Made by a program: the position numbers and the translations under genes. From Oceanispirochaeta sp. (lineage in GTDB: Bacteria > Spirochaetota > Spirochaetia > DSM-2461): a stretch of 64,000 bases of DNA. The notes beneath the pieces were generated by a model, which searched no databases, was not told the origin of the DNA, and saw nothing but the letters and a program-made list of their open reading frames with translations. Positions 18,922 to 27,355 of this stretch are shown piece after piece (positions within the stretch are counted from its first letter, which is position 1; every line of letters starts with the position of its first letter). The stretch lies in contig CAXXXD010000004.1 of NCBI GenBank assembly GCA_963663385.2, positions 800,001-864,000 of the forward strand, read 5' to 3'.

Positions 18922-20336
18922 AGTTCTCCCTTTCGTTAAAACTGGTGTTTCTTATTGCCGGCACTATCCTGATCAGCAGTCTGGTTACAATTGTGCTGGT
19001 TAACTCCTACTCATCCCGCCGGTTCAAAGGGTACGCTCTGCAGCGTGATATCAATATTGCCCTGACCATCGCCGGATACCTTACCGATGCGGCGGAACAG
19101 GGACAGCTGGAAGAAGCCGTTCAATCCTTCTCCCTGATTCAGAACACTCCGGTTCCCGCCATGAACAGGGCTCCCGGAATGATGGGAGGCGGGCGCATGG
19201 GAATGAGACAGGATGAACAGCGGATCGCACCTGTCCCCTTTGTAATCGCCGATGAATCAGGCCGCATCCTCAGAAAGAACTTCCCCGATGTTGAAGATCA
19301 TAAATTTCATCTCTCCAGAGAGACTGTTTCAGAAGGGGTTCTGTATTATGATCAGAACCATCAGCCGGCCGGCTATGTACTGGCCGGTTCCATGATAGGA
19401 GGAAAACTGTCTGAAAATGAAGCTGTTTATCTGAAATCCCTGTCATCGGGTATCCTGTTTTCCTCCTTCCTTGCCTTGATTCTGGCATGTCTCATTGGTC
19501 TGGCTGCTCTCGGCAGGATTCTTAAACCCCTCAAATCCCTGAACGAAGGTGTCCGTCAGTTAAGCCGTGGAAACTACTCCTGTCAGGTCGAGAACCCCGG
19601 GAGCGGGGATGAAATCAGTCAATTGGCCGAAGGATTTAATGAAATGGCCCGCTCCCTGCAGGCTTCCGAACAGTGGAAGAAACAGATAATTTCCGATACG
19701 GCCCACGAACTGCGCACTCCTGTAAGTCTGATCATGGGGAATCTGGAAATGATGCTGGAAGGGGTTTATCAGGCAGATGAAACAAGATTGCGTTCTCTTT
19801 ATGATGAAAGCGCTCTTCTGGCAGAACTGATACAGGATCTGCATGAACTTTCAAGCGTTGAATCATCCATGACCAGCCTGGAGAGAGAGCCTTTTGAGCC
19901 GGATACCCTGCTGCGGCTCAGTGCAGAGGGATTCAAGGCGGTCTCGCGGGATAAGGATCTTAAGCTTGTGGTGGAGGCCGGCTTCGGGAGGTCCTGGAAC
20001 GGGGACCGCAGAAAGATTCAGCAGGTTATTAAAAATCTCCTGTCCAATGCAGTGAAGTTCACTCCTCCCAGGGGGACTATTTTTCTGCGATCCTACCAGT
20101 TGAACAGGGAGCTTGTCATTGAGGTGGAGGATACGGGACCGGGGATTCCGGAAGAAGAGAGAAGCAGAATATTTGACCGTTTCTACAGGATGGACAGGTC
20201 CCGTAACAGGAAAGACGGGGGGGCCGGTTTAGGGCTGGCTATCAGTAAAGCCATAGTAGAACTGCATAACGGAACCATTGGCGTGTACCCGGGAGAGAAG
20301 GGGGGAGCCCTTTTCAGGATAAAATTATCGATTTAA
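18918..20336 (+). CDS. HAMP-containing sensor histidine kinase (BaeS-like)
   Basis: two TM segments, HAMP (DEISQLAEGFNEMA), AHELRTP, NLLSNAVKF, DTGPGI, GAGLGLAI. Confidence 0.95.
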   Translation: MKFSLSLKLVFLIAGTILISSLVTIVLVNSYSSRRFKGYALQRDINIALTIAGYLTDAAEQGQLEEAVQSFSLIQNTPVPAMNRAPGMMGGGRMGMRQDEQRIAPVPFVIADESGRILRKNFPDVEDHKFHLSRETVSEGVLYYDQNHQPAGYVLAGSMIGGKLSENEAVYLKSLSSGILFSSFLALILACLIGLAALGRILKPLKSLNEGVRQLSRGNYSCQVENPGSGDEISQLAEGFNEMARSLQASEQWKKQIISDTAHELRTPVSLIMGNLEMMLEGVYQADETRLRSLYDESALLAELIQDLHELSSVESSMTSLEREPFEPDTLLRLSAEGFKAVSRDKDLKLVVEAGFGRSWNGDRRKIQQVIKNLLSNAVKFTPPRGTIFLRSYQLNRELVIEVEDTGPGIPEEERSRIFDRFYRMDRSRNRKDGGAGLGLAISKAIVELHNGTIGVYPGEKGGALFRIKLSI

Positions 20337-20343
20337 CATAATT

Positions 20344-20376
20344 CTTGACAGGAACTTCATGAAAACTTAACAGAAC
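20344..20376 (+). promoter_or_regulatory. 11-bp-period direct repeats, candidate OmpR-family binding sites
   Basis: CTTGACAGGAA CTTCATGAAAA CTTAACAGAAC followed by TATATT/TATTAT. Confidence 0.4.
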
Positions 20377-20452
20377 CGGTTTATATTATCCCCATCAAGT
20401 AGCTGAATGCATACAAAAACAGGGTCAAACATTGAAAAAATGCCTGACTTTA

Positions 20453-20481
20453 TTGACTTTTAGTCATGAGATTATTATATT
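20453..20481 (+). promoter_or_regulatory. sigma70 promoter for candidate sRNA
   Basis: TTGACT-N17-TATATT; the -35 sits inside palindrome TGACT-TTT-AGTCA. Confidence 0.6.
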
Positions 20482-20487
20482 TCAGGT

Positions 20488-20663
20488 ATTAGAGACGGTA
20501 TTTGCTGCTGTTCCAAGTTTTCCCTCCTTTTCTTGGCAGCAGTTAAAGATAAGGTAGGATTTGTTGTTAACTTATTCTATCGGAAGAAGAGCTTGATTAA
20601 CTTTTTTTCCATTTTGCTTTTGGGCCCCTGCAGTTTCCTCCTTTTCTGCAGGGGCTTTTTTTT
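20488..20663 (+). ncRNA. candidate sRNA with two anti-SD (CCUCCUUUU) hairpin loops
   Basis: promoter upstream, several hairpins, intrinsic terminator with T8, no credible + strand ORF. Confidence 0.6.
20624..20663 (+). terminator. intrinsic terminator
   Basis: GCCCCTGCAG-loop-CTGCAGGGGC followed by TTTTTTTT. Confidence 0.85.
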
Positions 20664-20767
20664 ATCCAAAATTATTTTCGCATCAGTTCTTACATTTGTA
20701 AAGGAAAAAAGATAAAATATTCCCGCTAGGTGTTTTAGTACACAGGGCGGGAATAAGAAAGGAAGAA

Positions 20768-21484
20768 TTATACAGGAAGAAGACTCATAACAAGACCGAT
20801 CAAGCCCCCGAATACACCGCCCCAGAGGACCAGCCATCCCAGGTGCTTGCGGATCATATCCTGTATTATTTCTTTAACCATCCCGGGAGTCAGTTCTTCC
20901 AGGCGTGTAAAAACAATATTTTCCACTTTTGAAATAATGTCTTCGGCAGCGGTTCCTGTATCAATCGCGGAGGCAAGGGTTTTGTGAAATTCAGGGGTGG
21001 CCGTTTCCGTCAGGATAACTTCCCTGGTTTTCTCCTTGAAAGGAGCTCTGAATCCCTCAATAACCGAGGCCCCTCCGAACATCCCCAGCATCCCTCCAAA
21101 GGAGGAGGTTAGAATCGTTTCACTTAGCCCATCAAAAATCCTGTCATAGTTTACAGCTTCAGCTGCTGCCCTGAAATCTACTTTTGCCGTCAGAACACCT
21201 GCCTCATCATTCATAATGCGGGAAACATTCTCTTCTGTAAAAAACTGATCCATTATCATCTGATGGATCCCTTTTTTAAAATCCTCAAAATGGAGGGGGA
21301 TGACGCCGGAACCATAAAGGCCGGGTACTCTTTCAAAAAGCATATGGATAGCCAGCCAGTTTGTTACGGCTCCGGAAAGGGCAAAGAATCCCATAGACCG
21401 GATCTGTTCCTGAAACCAGGGGCTGACATATCCTGCTGCAACAACCACAAGGGTAAAAAGGGTTGTCATACTGCTCATATTCAT
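20768..21484 (-). CDS. DUF445-family membrane protein
   Basis: FALSGAVTNWLAIHMLFE...GSGVIP; C-terminal HLGWLVLWGGVFGGLIG. Confidence 0.85.
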   Translation of the reverse strand: MNMSSMTTLFTLVVVAAGYVSPWFQEQIRSMGFFALSGAVTNWLAIHMLFERVPGLYGSGVIPLHFEDFKKGIHQMIMDQFFTEENVSRIMNDEAGVLTAKVDFRAAAEAVNYDRIFDGLSETILTSSFGGMLGMFGGASVIEGFRAPFKEKTREVILTETATPEFHKTLASAIDTGTAAEDIISKVENIVFTRLEELTPGMVKEIIQDMIRKHLGWLVLWGGVFGGLIGLVMSLLPV

Positions 21485-21541
21485 CTGTTTTATCCTGCTT
21501 CTCTGTCAAAAAGATTTTTCTTCCGATATATTAAATGAGTC

Positions 21542-22624
21542 ATGGTAGTAAAAGCAATACGGTCCTGCCGGGTATTTGTTCTCCTGTTTATTCTCTTCCT
21601 GGGGCAAGGTCCCCTGATCAGCGAAGATTCTTCTCCTGAGGGACCGGTTCCCATACCTGAATTCTCTTTTGATGTGCTGGATTTCTACTCTATAGGGTGG
21701 TCCAGGCAGGGGCGGATCGCCTTCGGCGTCAGTTCTCCCGGAGAAGGCGGGGGGCGTTCATGGATCTGGTATGTTCAGGATCTTGTGGAGGATAAACTCC
21801 TCTTCTCAAGTCCCCGCTGGACTTTGATGGACGGCCAGACCCCTGCTGATCTCTGGGTACGCCATCCGGAATGGTACTCCCAGTTGATTCGTTTCGGAAT
21901 TACGCCGGACGATACTATAATCCGGGGGGAAAAAATCTTCCGTCTGAATGATATCCCCTACAGGATGGAAGTGAGTATGGACCGGTCGGAAACAGCTGAT
22001 GAACCGGAAGGGCTGACCAGGAACATCTCCATACAGTTTTACCGTAATAATGATACAGTCAAGGCTATCTATACATATCAGCCGGATCCGGCCAGAGAGG
22101 TTGTGGATGATATGGTGCTGAAGGGGTATGTTAAAAATCCTTTTGAAAACAGGATCGCCGTTATCGCCCTGGAAAGATCCGGTCCCCGTTCCGGGGAGAC
22201 CGAGTGGAAGTACCGTGTTTTCGGCGCCCACCTCTCAGTGGGGTTCTCTCCCCTGATCAGAAAGGGCAGCGAGCTGGCTGAAGCTGTGTTGAACGGGCAG
22301 TATTACGTAAGCCGCATGTACCTTCAGAACGGCGCAGATCCTGATGAAGAGGATCTGCGGGGGTATCCGGCTCTTCTCCTGGCAGCGAGACGAGGCCTGT
22401 GGGATATCGCTTCCCTTTTACTGGATGCCGGAGCTGATCCGGACCGGGCTGATGATACGGGAAGGACCCCCCTCCACTATGCCGTGGCAGCCCAGGAGGA
22501 AGAGGTCGTATCTCTTCTGCTGGAGAGAGGAGCTGATCCGGATCGAAAAGATTCGAAAGGTCTTTCTGCCAGGCAGGAAGCCGCCATAAAAGGGAATCCG
22601 GTCATAATACGGGAATTCCGGTAA
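21542..22624 (+). CDS. exported protein with C-terminal ankyrin repeats
   Basis: signal peptide; GRTPLHYAV, LLDAGADPD and LLERGADPD repeats. Confidence 0.85.
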   Translation: MVVKAIRSCRVFVLLFILFLGQGPLISEDSSPEGPVPIPEFSFDVLDFYSIGWSRQGRIAFGVSSPGEGGGRSWIWYVQDLVEDKLLFSSPRWTLMDGQTPADLWVRHPEWYSQLIRFGITPDDTIIRGEKIFRLNDIPYRMEVSMDRSETADEPEGLTRNISIQFYRNNDTVKAIYTYQPDPAREVVDDMVLKGYVKNPFENRIAVIALERSGPRSGETEWKYRVFGAHLSVGFSPLIRKGSELAEAVLNGQYYVSRMYLQNGADPDEEDLRGYPALLLAARRGLWDIASLLLDAGADPDRADDTGRTPLHYAVAAQEEEVVSLLLERGADPDRKDSKGLSARQEAAIKGNPVIIREFR

Positions 22625-22649
22625 CTGTTCAGGAATTGCAGACAGATCC

Positions 22650-24146
22650 CTATAGGGAGAAGTTAAGACCTTCGGTTTTCAGTTCTTCAATAAAGAGATC
22701 AAAGTCCCTTTCCTTCTCCAATCTGAAAAACTGCAGAACCATATAGTTCAGATCATGAAAGTCCCGCTCTTTTCTATCATAGTAATAGATTTCGTTACCC
22801 AGATAAACGGCATAGGTCAGGGCCCTGTTCTCTTCACTGCACTCCAGAGGGGTATGATGATACAGGATAGCCTGTATGAATTTTTCCGGAAAATCCCATT
22901 TTTTCATCAATTCCGCGCCGATAATTGTATGGTTGTATCCTTCTGCCAGGTCTTCCAGCAGAGTAATGGGGATATGTTTTTCCTTGCATATTTCGGTCAG
23001 TTTTTTTTCAAGGTCCGCACTGAGAGCGTTCACAATGATTTTTCCAAAGTCATGAATAAGGGCTGATATGTAAATGTCTTCAGCCAGTGTGCGGAGACCC
23101 CTGTACTTCGCCAGAAAACTGGCAATCAGGGCGACATGGAAGGAGTGGCTGTTCACTTCCTTTACCATGTTTTTGTTGTACCGTTTTTCAAATACCTTTT
23201 TTGCGCCATAGTTATAGAGTATGGATTTTACACCGAGCATACCAATCATGCTGACTGCGGCGGAAACATCCGAGATCTTGTCTCCTCTTCTGTAAACAGG
23301 AGAGTTGGCAATCCTGAGAATTTCTGTGGCAAGGGAAGGATCGGATGTAATGGTTTCGGATACGGATTCAAAGGTGCAGGCAGGATTGCTGAGTTCTTTC
23401 TGAAGGATCTGTATATTTTCGGGAAACTGGGGCATCTGATCAACTTCCCTGACGATTTCTGCTGCCAGTATATTCCCCTGTTCTCTTGATACATGGTGCA
23501 ATGGGATTGTCATTCCGGTACATCCCGAATCCCCTACATTCTGAAAGGTGAGGGACTTTTCGTCCAGATTGACCTTCCGTAACATCTGAAGGATCACAAT
23601 CAGTCCATAACCGGCCCCCTCCGTATCGTCAAACCCGTAGGCGAGGACTTCAGCAAGGGACTGAAACTGTCTTGCGACTTTTATCCGTTCTGCAATTCTC
23701 AGTTTCTCTTCATAAACCATGGGACTGTTATTCAGGATCTTTATCTCAAGCTTTTCCTCATGGATTTCATATCTGATTCGTACATAGGTGTTCTGTTCCC
23801 TGTGGGCCGCCTCATATTTTTCAAAATGATCGAACACATCCTTTTTAAAGCTGCTCATCCCTTTTCTGTAATCGGCCTCGTTATTAATATCCAGGCCCTG
23901 CATCTGAAAATAGAGTCTTTTGGAATTGGCTTTGCTGGCATTCATGCAGAGTTCATTCTGGGCGTATTCCAGATAGGAGTGGAGCTTCTCCTGACTGATT
24001 TCTGATAATACGGCTTTTAATATACGGGATAGCCCCCTGTCGCTCTCCCTGTTTACGTAAGGGATTGTGCATATAAAGTGCCTGTTCTTTTTAAACTCTT
24101 CTCTTACCGTGTCTTCCGAAACACCCAGGATATCCGTGAATTCCAT
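22650..24146 (-). CDS. HATPase-like plus HDOD domain signalling protein
   Basis: NELCMNASKAN and GAGYGL in the N-terminal half; DPSLATEILRIANS, LIHDFGK, HTIIGAEL..KW and IlyHH in the HDOD domain. Confidence 0.88.
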   Translation of the reverse strand: MEFTDILGVSEDTVREEFKKNRHFICTIPYVNRESDRGLSRILKAVLSEISQEKLHSYLEYAQNELCMNASKANSKRLYFQMQGLDINNEADYRKGMSSFKKDVFDHFEKYEAAHREQNTYVRIRYEIHEEKLEIKILNNSPMVYEEKLRIAERIKVARQFQSLAEVLAYGFDDTEGAGYGLIVILQMLRKVNLDEKSLTFQNVGDSGCTGMTIPLHHVSREQGNILAAEIVREVDQMPQFPENIQILQKELSNPACTFESVSETITSDPSLATEILRIANSPVYRRGDKISDVSAAVSMIGMLGVKSILYNYGAKKVFEKRYNKNMVKEVNSHSFHVALIASFLAKYRGLRTLAEDIYISALIHDFGKIIVNALSADLEKKLTEICKEKHIPITLLEDLAEGYNHTIIGAELMKKWDFPEKFIQAILYHHTPLECSEENRALTYAVYLGNEIYYYDRKERDFHDLNYMVLQFFRLEKERDFDLFIEELKTEGLNFSL

Positions 24147-24159
24147 GTTTTCTCCATTT

Positions 24160-25404
24160 TTAAATAGTAACTCTGTTTTTTCCCAGTTCTTTTGCTTCGT
24201 ACATTTTTTTGTCCGCTGCAGTTATCATCTCGGAAAAAGTCGCTCTCTTCTCCAGGCAGAGGCCGATGCTGGCCGTCACATTAAAGACGGTTTCATTATT
24301 CTGGAATTCTATCTTGCTGATCTTGTCCCGTATTTCCTCAAAAAGCACAAGCGCATCCTTGGGGTGCATATTGTTTCCAACGATGCAAAACTCTTCTCCC
24401 CCGTACCGGCTGATTATATCAGACTCTCTTATACTTTTTTCCAGTACTTCCGAAACCTTTTTCAGTACCTGATCGCCCGCATCATGGCCAAGGGTATCAT
24501 TGATCCATTTGAAGTTGTCCAGGTCCATCATGGCAACAATCAGGTACTGACCGGTTCTCATGGCGGATTTGAGGAGAAGATCTCCTGTTTCGTAAAGGTA
24601 TCTGCGGTTGTGAAGCCTGGTTAACGGATCAATAAGCGCTTCCTCTTTTATCAGTTCAAAGCTGTCCACCAGCTTCAGATTCTGATAGATCCGGCAGAAC
24701 AGAAGATCGCTGATAAAGGGTTTTGTAAAGAAATCATTGGCTCCGTATTTGATGAATTTGATCATCATGGAGTGGTTTCCCTTTGCGGATATTCCGATAA
24801 TGGCAAGGCGGTCGGTGGAAAAACTCTGCCGGATTTTCCTTGTCAGGTCAAATCCGTCGCAGCGGGGCATGCTGTAATCGGTCAGAACCAGTTTAATATC
24901 CATCTGTCTTTCAAGGATTTCCATCGCCTCAATCCCGTCTCTGGCTTCATATACCCTGAATTGATGGATATTCAGAAGTTGACGGAGATGTTTACGGGCA
25001 ACAGTGGAGTCATCTACCACAAGAATTCCGACATCTTTATTTTTAAAGAATCGCTGTATCATTTCCAGCAGATAGTTAATACAGTTGCTGTCTTCTTTTA
25101 AGACATAATCAATAACCCTTCTCGACCAGGTGGATTCCTGCACGTCTGGAGAAAATCTGCCGGTCATGACAATGGTCGGGATCTTCTTTGATATGCAGAG
25201 GTCTACAATTTCCCCTTCCTGTGCATCGGGAAGGTGAAAATCCAGCAGGGCAAGGGACACCTTGCCGATTTCATCCAATGCTTCCCGGGTCTGGGCCAGA
25301 GTTTTATACCAGAGAACCGTGTATCCTAACCGTGATTCAATATTATGTTTTAATAATTTACCAAAGAATTGACTGTCTTCAACGATTAGAATCTTAACTT
25401 CCAC
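24160..25404 (-). CDS. REC-REC-GGDEF diguanylate cyclase
   Basis: two receivers, DPLTRLHNRR, DLDNFKWINDTLGHDAGD, RESD I-site, RYGGEEF. Confidence 0.93.
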   Translation of the reverse strand: MEVKILIVEDSQFFGKLLKHNIESRLGYTVLWYKTLAQTREALDEIGKVSLALLDFHLPDAQEGEIVDLCISKKIPTIVMTGRFSPDVQESTWSRRVIDYVLKEDSNCINYLLEMIQRFFKNKDVGILVVDDSTVARKHLRQLLNIHQFRVYEARDGIEAMEILERQMDIKLVLTDYSMPRCDGFDLTRKIRQSFSTDRLAIIGISAKGNHSMMIKFIKYGANDFFTKPFISDLLFCRIYQNLKLVDSFELIKEEALIDPLTRLHNRRYLYETGDLLLKSAMRTGQYLIVAMMDLDNFKWINDTLGHDAGDQVLKKVSEVLEKSIRESDIISRYGGEEFCIVGNNMHPKDALVLFEEIRDKISKIEFQNNETVFNVTASIGLCLEKRATFSEMITAADKKMYEAKELGKNRVTI

Positions 25405-25656
25405 TTTTTCACCTGTTTCTCAAGAATATAACTTTTCCTGCAAGTATCCAATATGTAATGAATTTTATCTGAATGCAATCCCGGATCACGATCTTTTTTC
25501 TGATCCAGGGTATGAAATAAAGATAATGCTAATAAACAGGCAATTCCAGAAGAACATAAAAATAATCCTGCCGGATTAATTGAAGAAGAACTGTGGAAAT
25601 AGTAATCTGAAATCATCTTTACAGTTATGTGTATTTTTATAAACGGGGGAGAAATT

Positions 25657-26682
25657 ATGAAAACAGCGGACTTCAGGAGTGATACGGTTACTCTGCCGAC
25701 AGAAAATATGTACAGGGCAATGATGAGTGCCGTATTGGGAGATGATGTCTATGATGATGATCCAACTGTTAAAGAGCTGGAAGAGTATGCGGCCAGCCTG
25801 CTTGGAAAAGACGCGGCCCTCTTTGTTCCTACTGGAACATTTGCCAATCAGCTGGCTATCATGACTCATACCCGGAGGGGGGATGAAGTTATTGTTGGAG
25901 AGAATACCCATATTCTCCAGCATGAAGTCGGGGGAGCCGCCGTTCTTTCCGGTGTTAATCTGAGGGCTGTTTCTCCCGATACGGGAATCATCTCCGCAGA
26001 AGCGGTAAAGCGGTGCATAAGGGATGAGGATATTCACTTTCCCCGAACAGGATTGATCTGCGTTGAAAATGCCCACTCTCTTGGTGTTGTTATGCCGGAA
26101 AAGGTCATGAAGGATATTAAAAATCTGGCTGATGAACGGAATATCCCTGTTCATATGGATGGAGCCCGTTTCTTTAATGCCGCCACGGCTCTGGAGCTGG
26201 ATTACAAGCTGATGGCATCCTATGCTCACTCCATTAATATCTGTCTTTCCAAGGGGCTGTGCGCTCCTGCAGGGTCCCTGCTTGTGGGAGAATCCGACTT
26301 TATAGGAAGGGCGAAGAAGAATCGGAAACTTCTGGGAGGAGGGATGCGGCAGGTCGGTATACTGGGGGCTGCCGGGTTGATCGCGCTGAAAGAGATGATT
26401 CCCCGTCTGGCAGAGGATCATGATAATGCCCGCTATATGGCTGAAAAACTGAGCGGTCTGCCGGGGATTTCCGTTATGAATAACCGTCTGGACATCAATA
26501 TGGTCTTTTTTACTTTAAAAGGGGCTTCCTGCAGTAATGATGACCTGGTCATAAAACTGAAGGGTAAGGGATTTAAGGTTAATGGCCCTGAGGGGGAAGA
26601 GTGGCGTTTCGCCGCCAACAGGGGGATCGATAAAGGTGATATCGACCGTTTAGTTTCCTGCCTGGCCGATTTCCTCGGGTAG
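25657..26682 (+). CDS. ltaE: low-specificity L-threonine aldolase
   Basis: DFRSDTVT, GDDVY, GTFANQLA, HMDGAR, CLSKGL, GGGMRQVG; GGGGAG RBS before ATG 25657. Confidence 0.94.
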   Translation: MKTADFRSDTVTLPTENMYRAMMSAVLGDDVYDDDPTVKELEEYAASLLGKDAALFVPTGTFANQLAIMTHTRRGDEVIVGENTHILQHEVGGAAVLSGVNLRAVSPDTGIISAEAVKRCIRDEDIHFPRTGLICVENAHSLGVVMPEKVMKDIKNLADERNIPVHMDGARFFNAATALELDYKLMASYAHSINICLSKGLCAPAGSLLVGESDFIGRAKKNRKLLGGGMRQVGILGAAGLIALKEMIPRLAEDHDNARYMAEKLSGLPGISVMNNRLDINMVFFTLKGASCSNDDLVIKLKGKGFKVNGPEGEEWRFAANRGIDKGDIDRLVSCLADFLG

Positions 26683-26685
26683 ATC

Positions 26686-27165
26686 CTACTTATGATAGGG
26701 TTCGTTCCGGTTAATCCTGTAGGCCCTGTATATCTGTTCCAGCAGTATTACCCTCATCATCTGGTGGGGAAATGTCATGGAGGAAAAGGAGAGGGCCATG
26801 TCACTCCTGGTGCAGATAGTCTCATCCAGACCGAGAGACCCCCCAATGACAAAGCAGATGTGGTCCTTTCCCTGATGGGGGACTCTGTCCAGCCAGGAGG
26901 CCAGCTGTTCCGAGCTGAAGGATTTCCCTCTGATCTCAAGGGTTACCAGGAGGGCCCCCCGGGGAATAAGCCGGGCTATCCGTTCGCCCTCTTTCTGTTT
27001 GACAATTTCCCTGTCTGCGGGGCTTATGTTTTCCGGGCATTTTTCATCCATTGTTTCCAGCAGTTTAATGGTGCAGTACCGTCCCAGCCTTCTGCTGTAC
27101 TCCTCAATAGCGCCTTTCCAGTATTTTTCCTTGAGTTTGCCAACGGATATAACAGTAATCTTCAA
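26686..27165 (-). CDS. rlmH: 23S rRNA pseudouridine(1915)-N3 methyltransferase
   Basis: VGKLKEKYW, FVIGGSLG, MTFPHQMMRVILLEQIYRA, PYHK; TTG start after GGGGAG. Confidence 0.95.
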   Translation of the reverse strand: MKITVISVGKLKEKYWKGAIEEYSRRLGRYCTIKLLETMDEKCPENISPADREIVKQKEGERIARLIPRGALLVTLEIRGKSFSSEQLASWLDRVPHQGKDHICFVIGGSLGLDETICTRSDMALSFSSMTFPHQMMRVILLEQIYRAYRINRNEPYHK

Positions 27166-27355
27166 AATTGTCTCCCCGGGAATTGTAGCATTTTCAGCTG
27201 AAAATGTGCAAACGCTTGCTTCGTCAGACAAAGGATGGAGCAACTCTTTACTACCGAACCCTTTGATTCAGTGAAATGAACAAACCAAATGTGCTGGACA
27301 GAAAGGGGCAGTCTGTGTATTTATATAAGGACGTTTAGTACGCAGGGGGAAGAGA

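Noticed and set aside
20504..20655. Minus-strand reading as a CsrB/RsmZ-like RNA with GGA loops
   Set aside because: Only two such loops, and both the promoter and the T-tract point to + strand transcription; disfavoured but not excluded
20533..20837. Short ORFs 20533-20715 (+) and 20577-20837 (-)
   Set aside because: No suitably placed RBS, they run through the terminator or overlap the DUF445 gene, and their composition is not protein-like
25405..25656. Possible glycine or other riboswitch upstream of ltaE
   Set aside because: Only one hairpin and no recognisable aptamer core
26686..26710. rlmH 3' end as an SCC-type integration site
   Set aside because: ltaE ends 3 bp away; no recombinase or att duplication is visible
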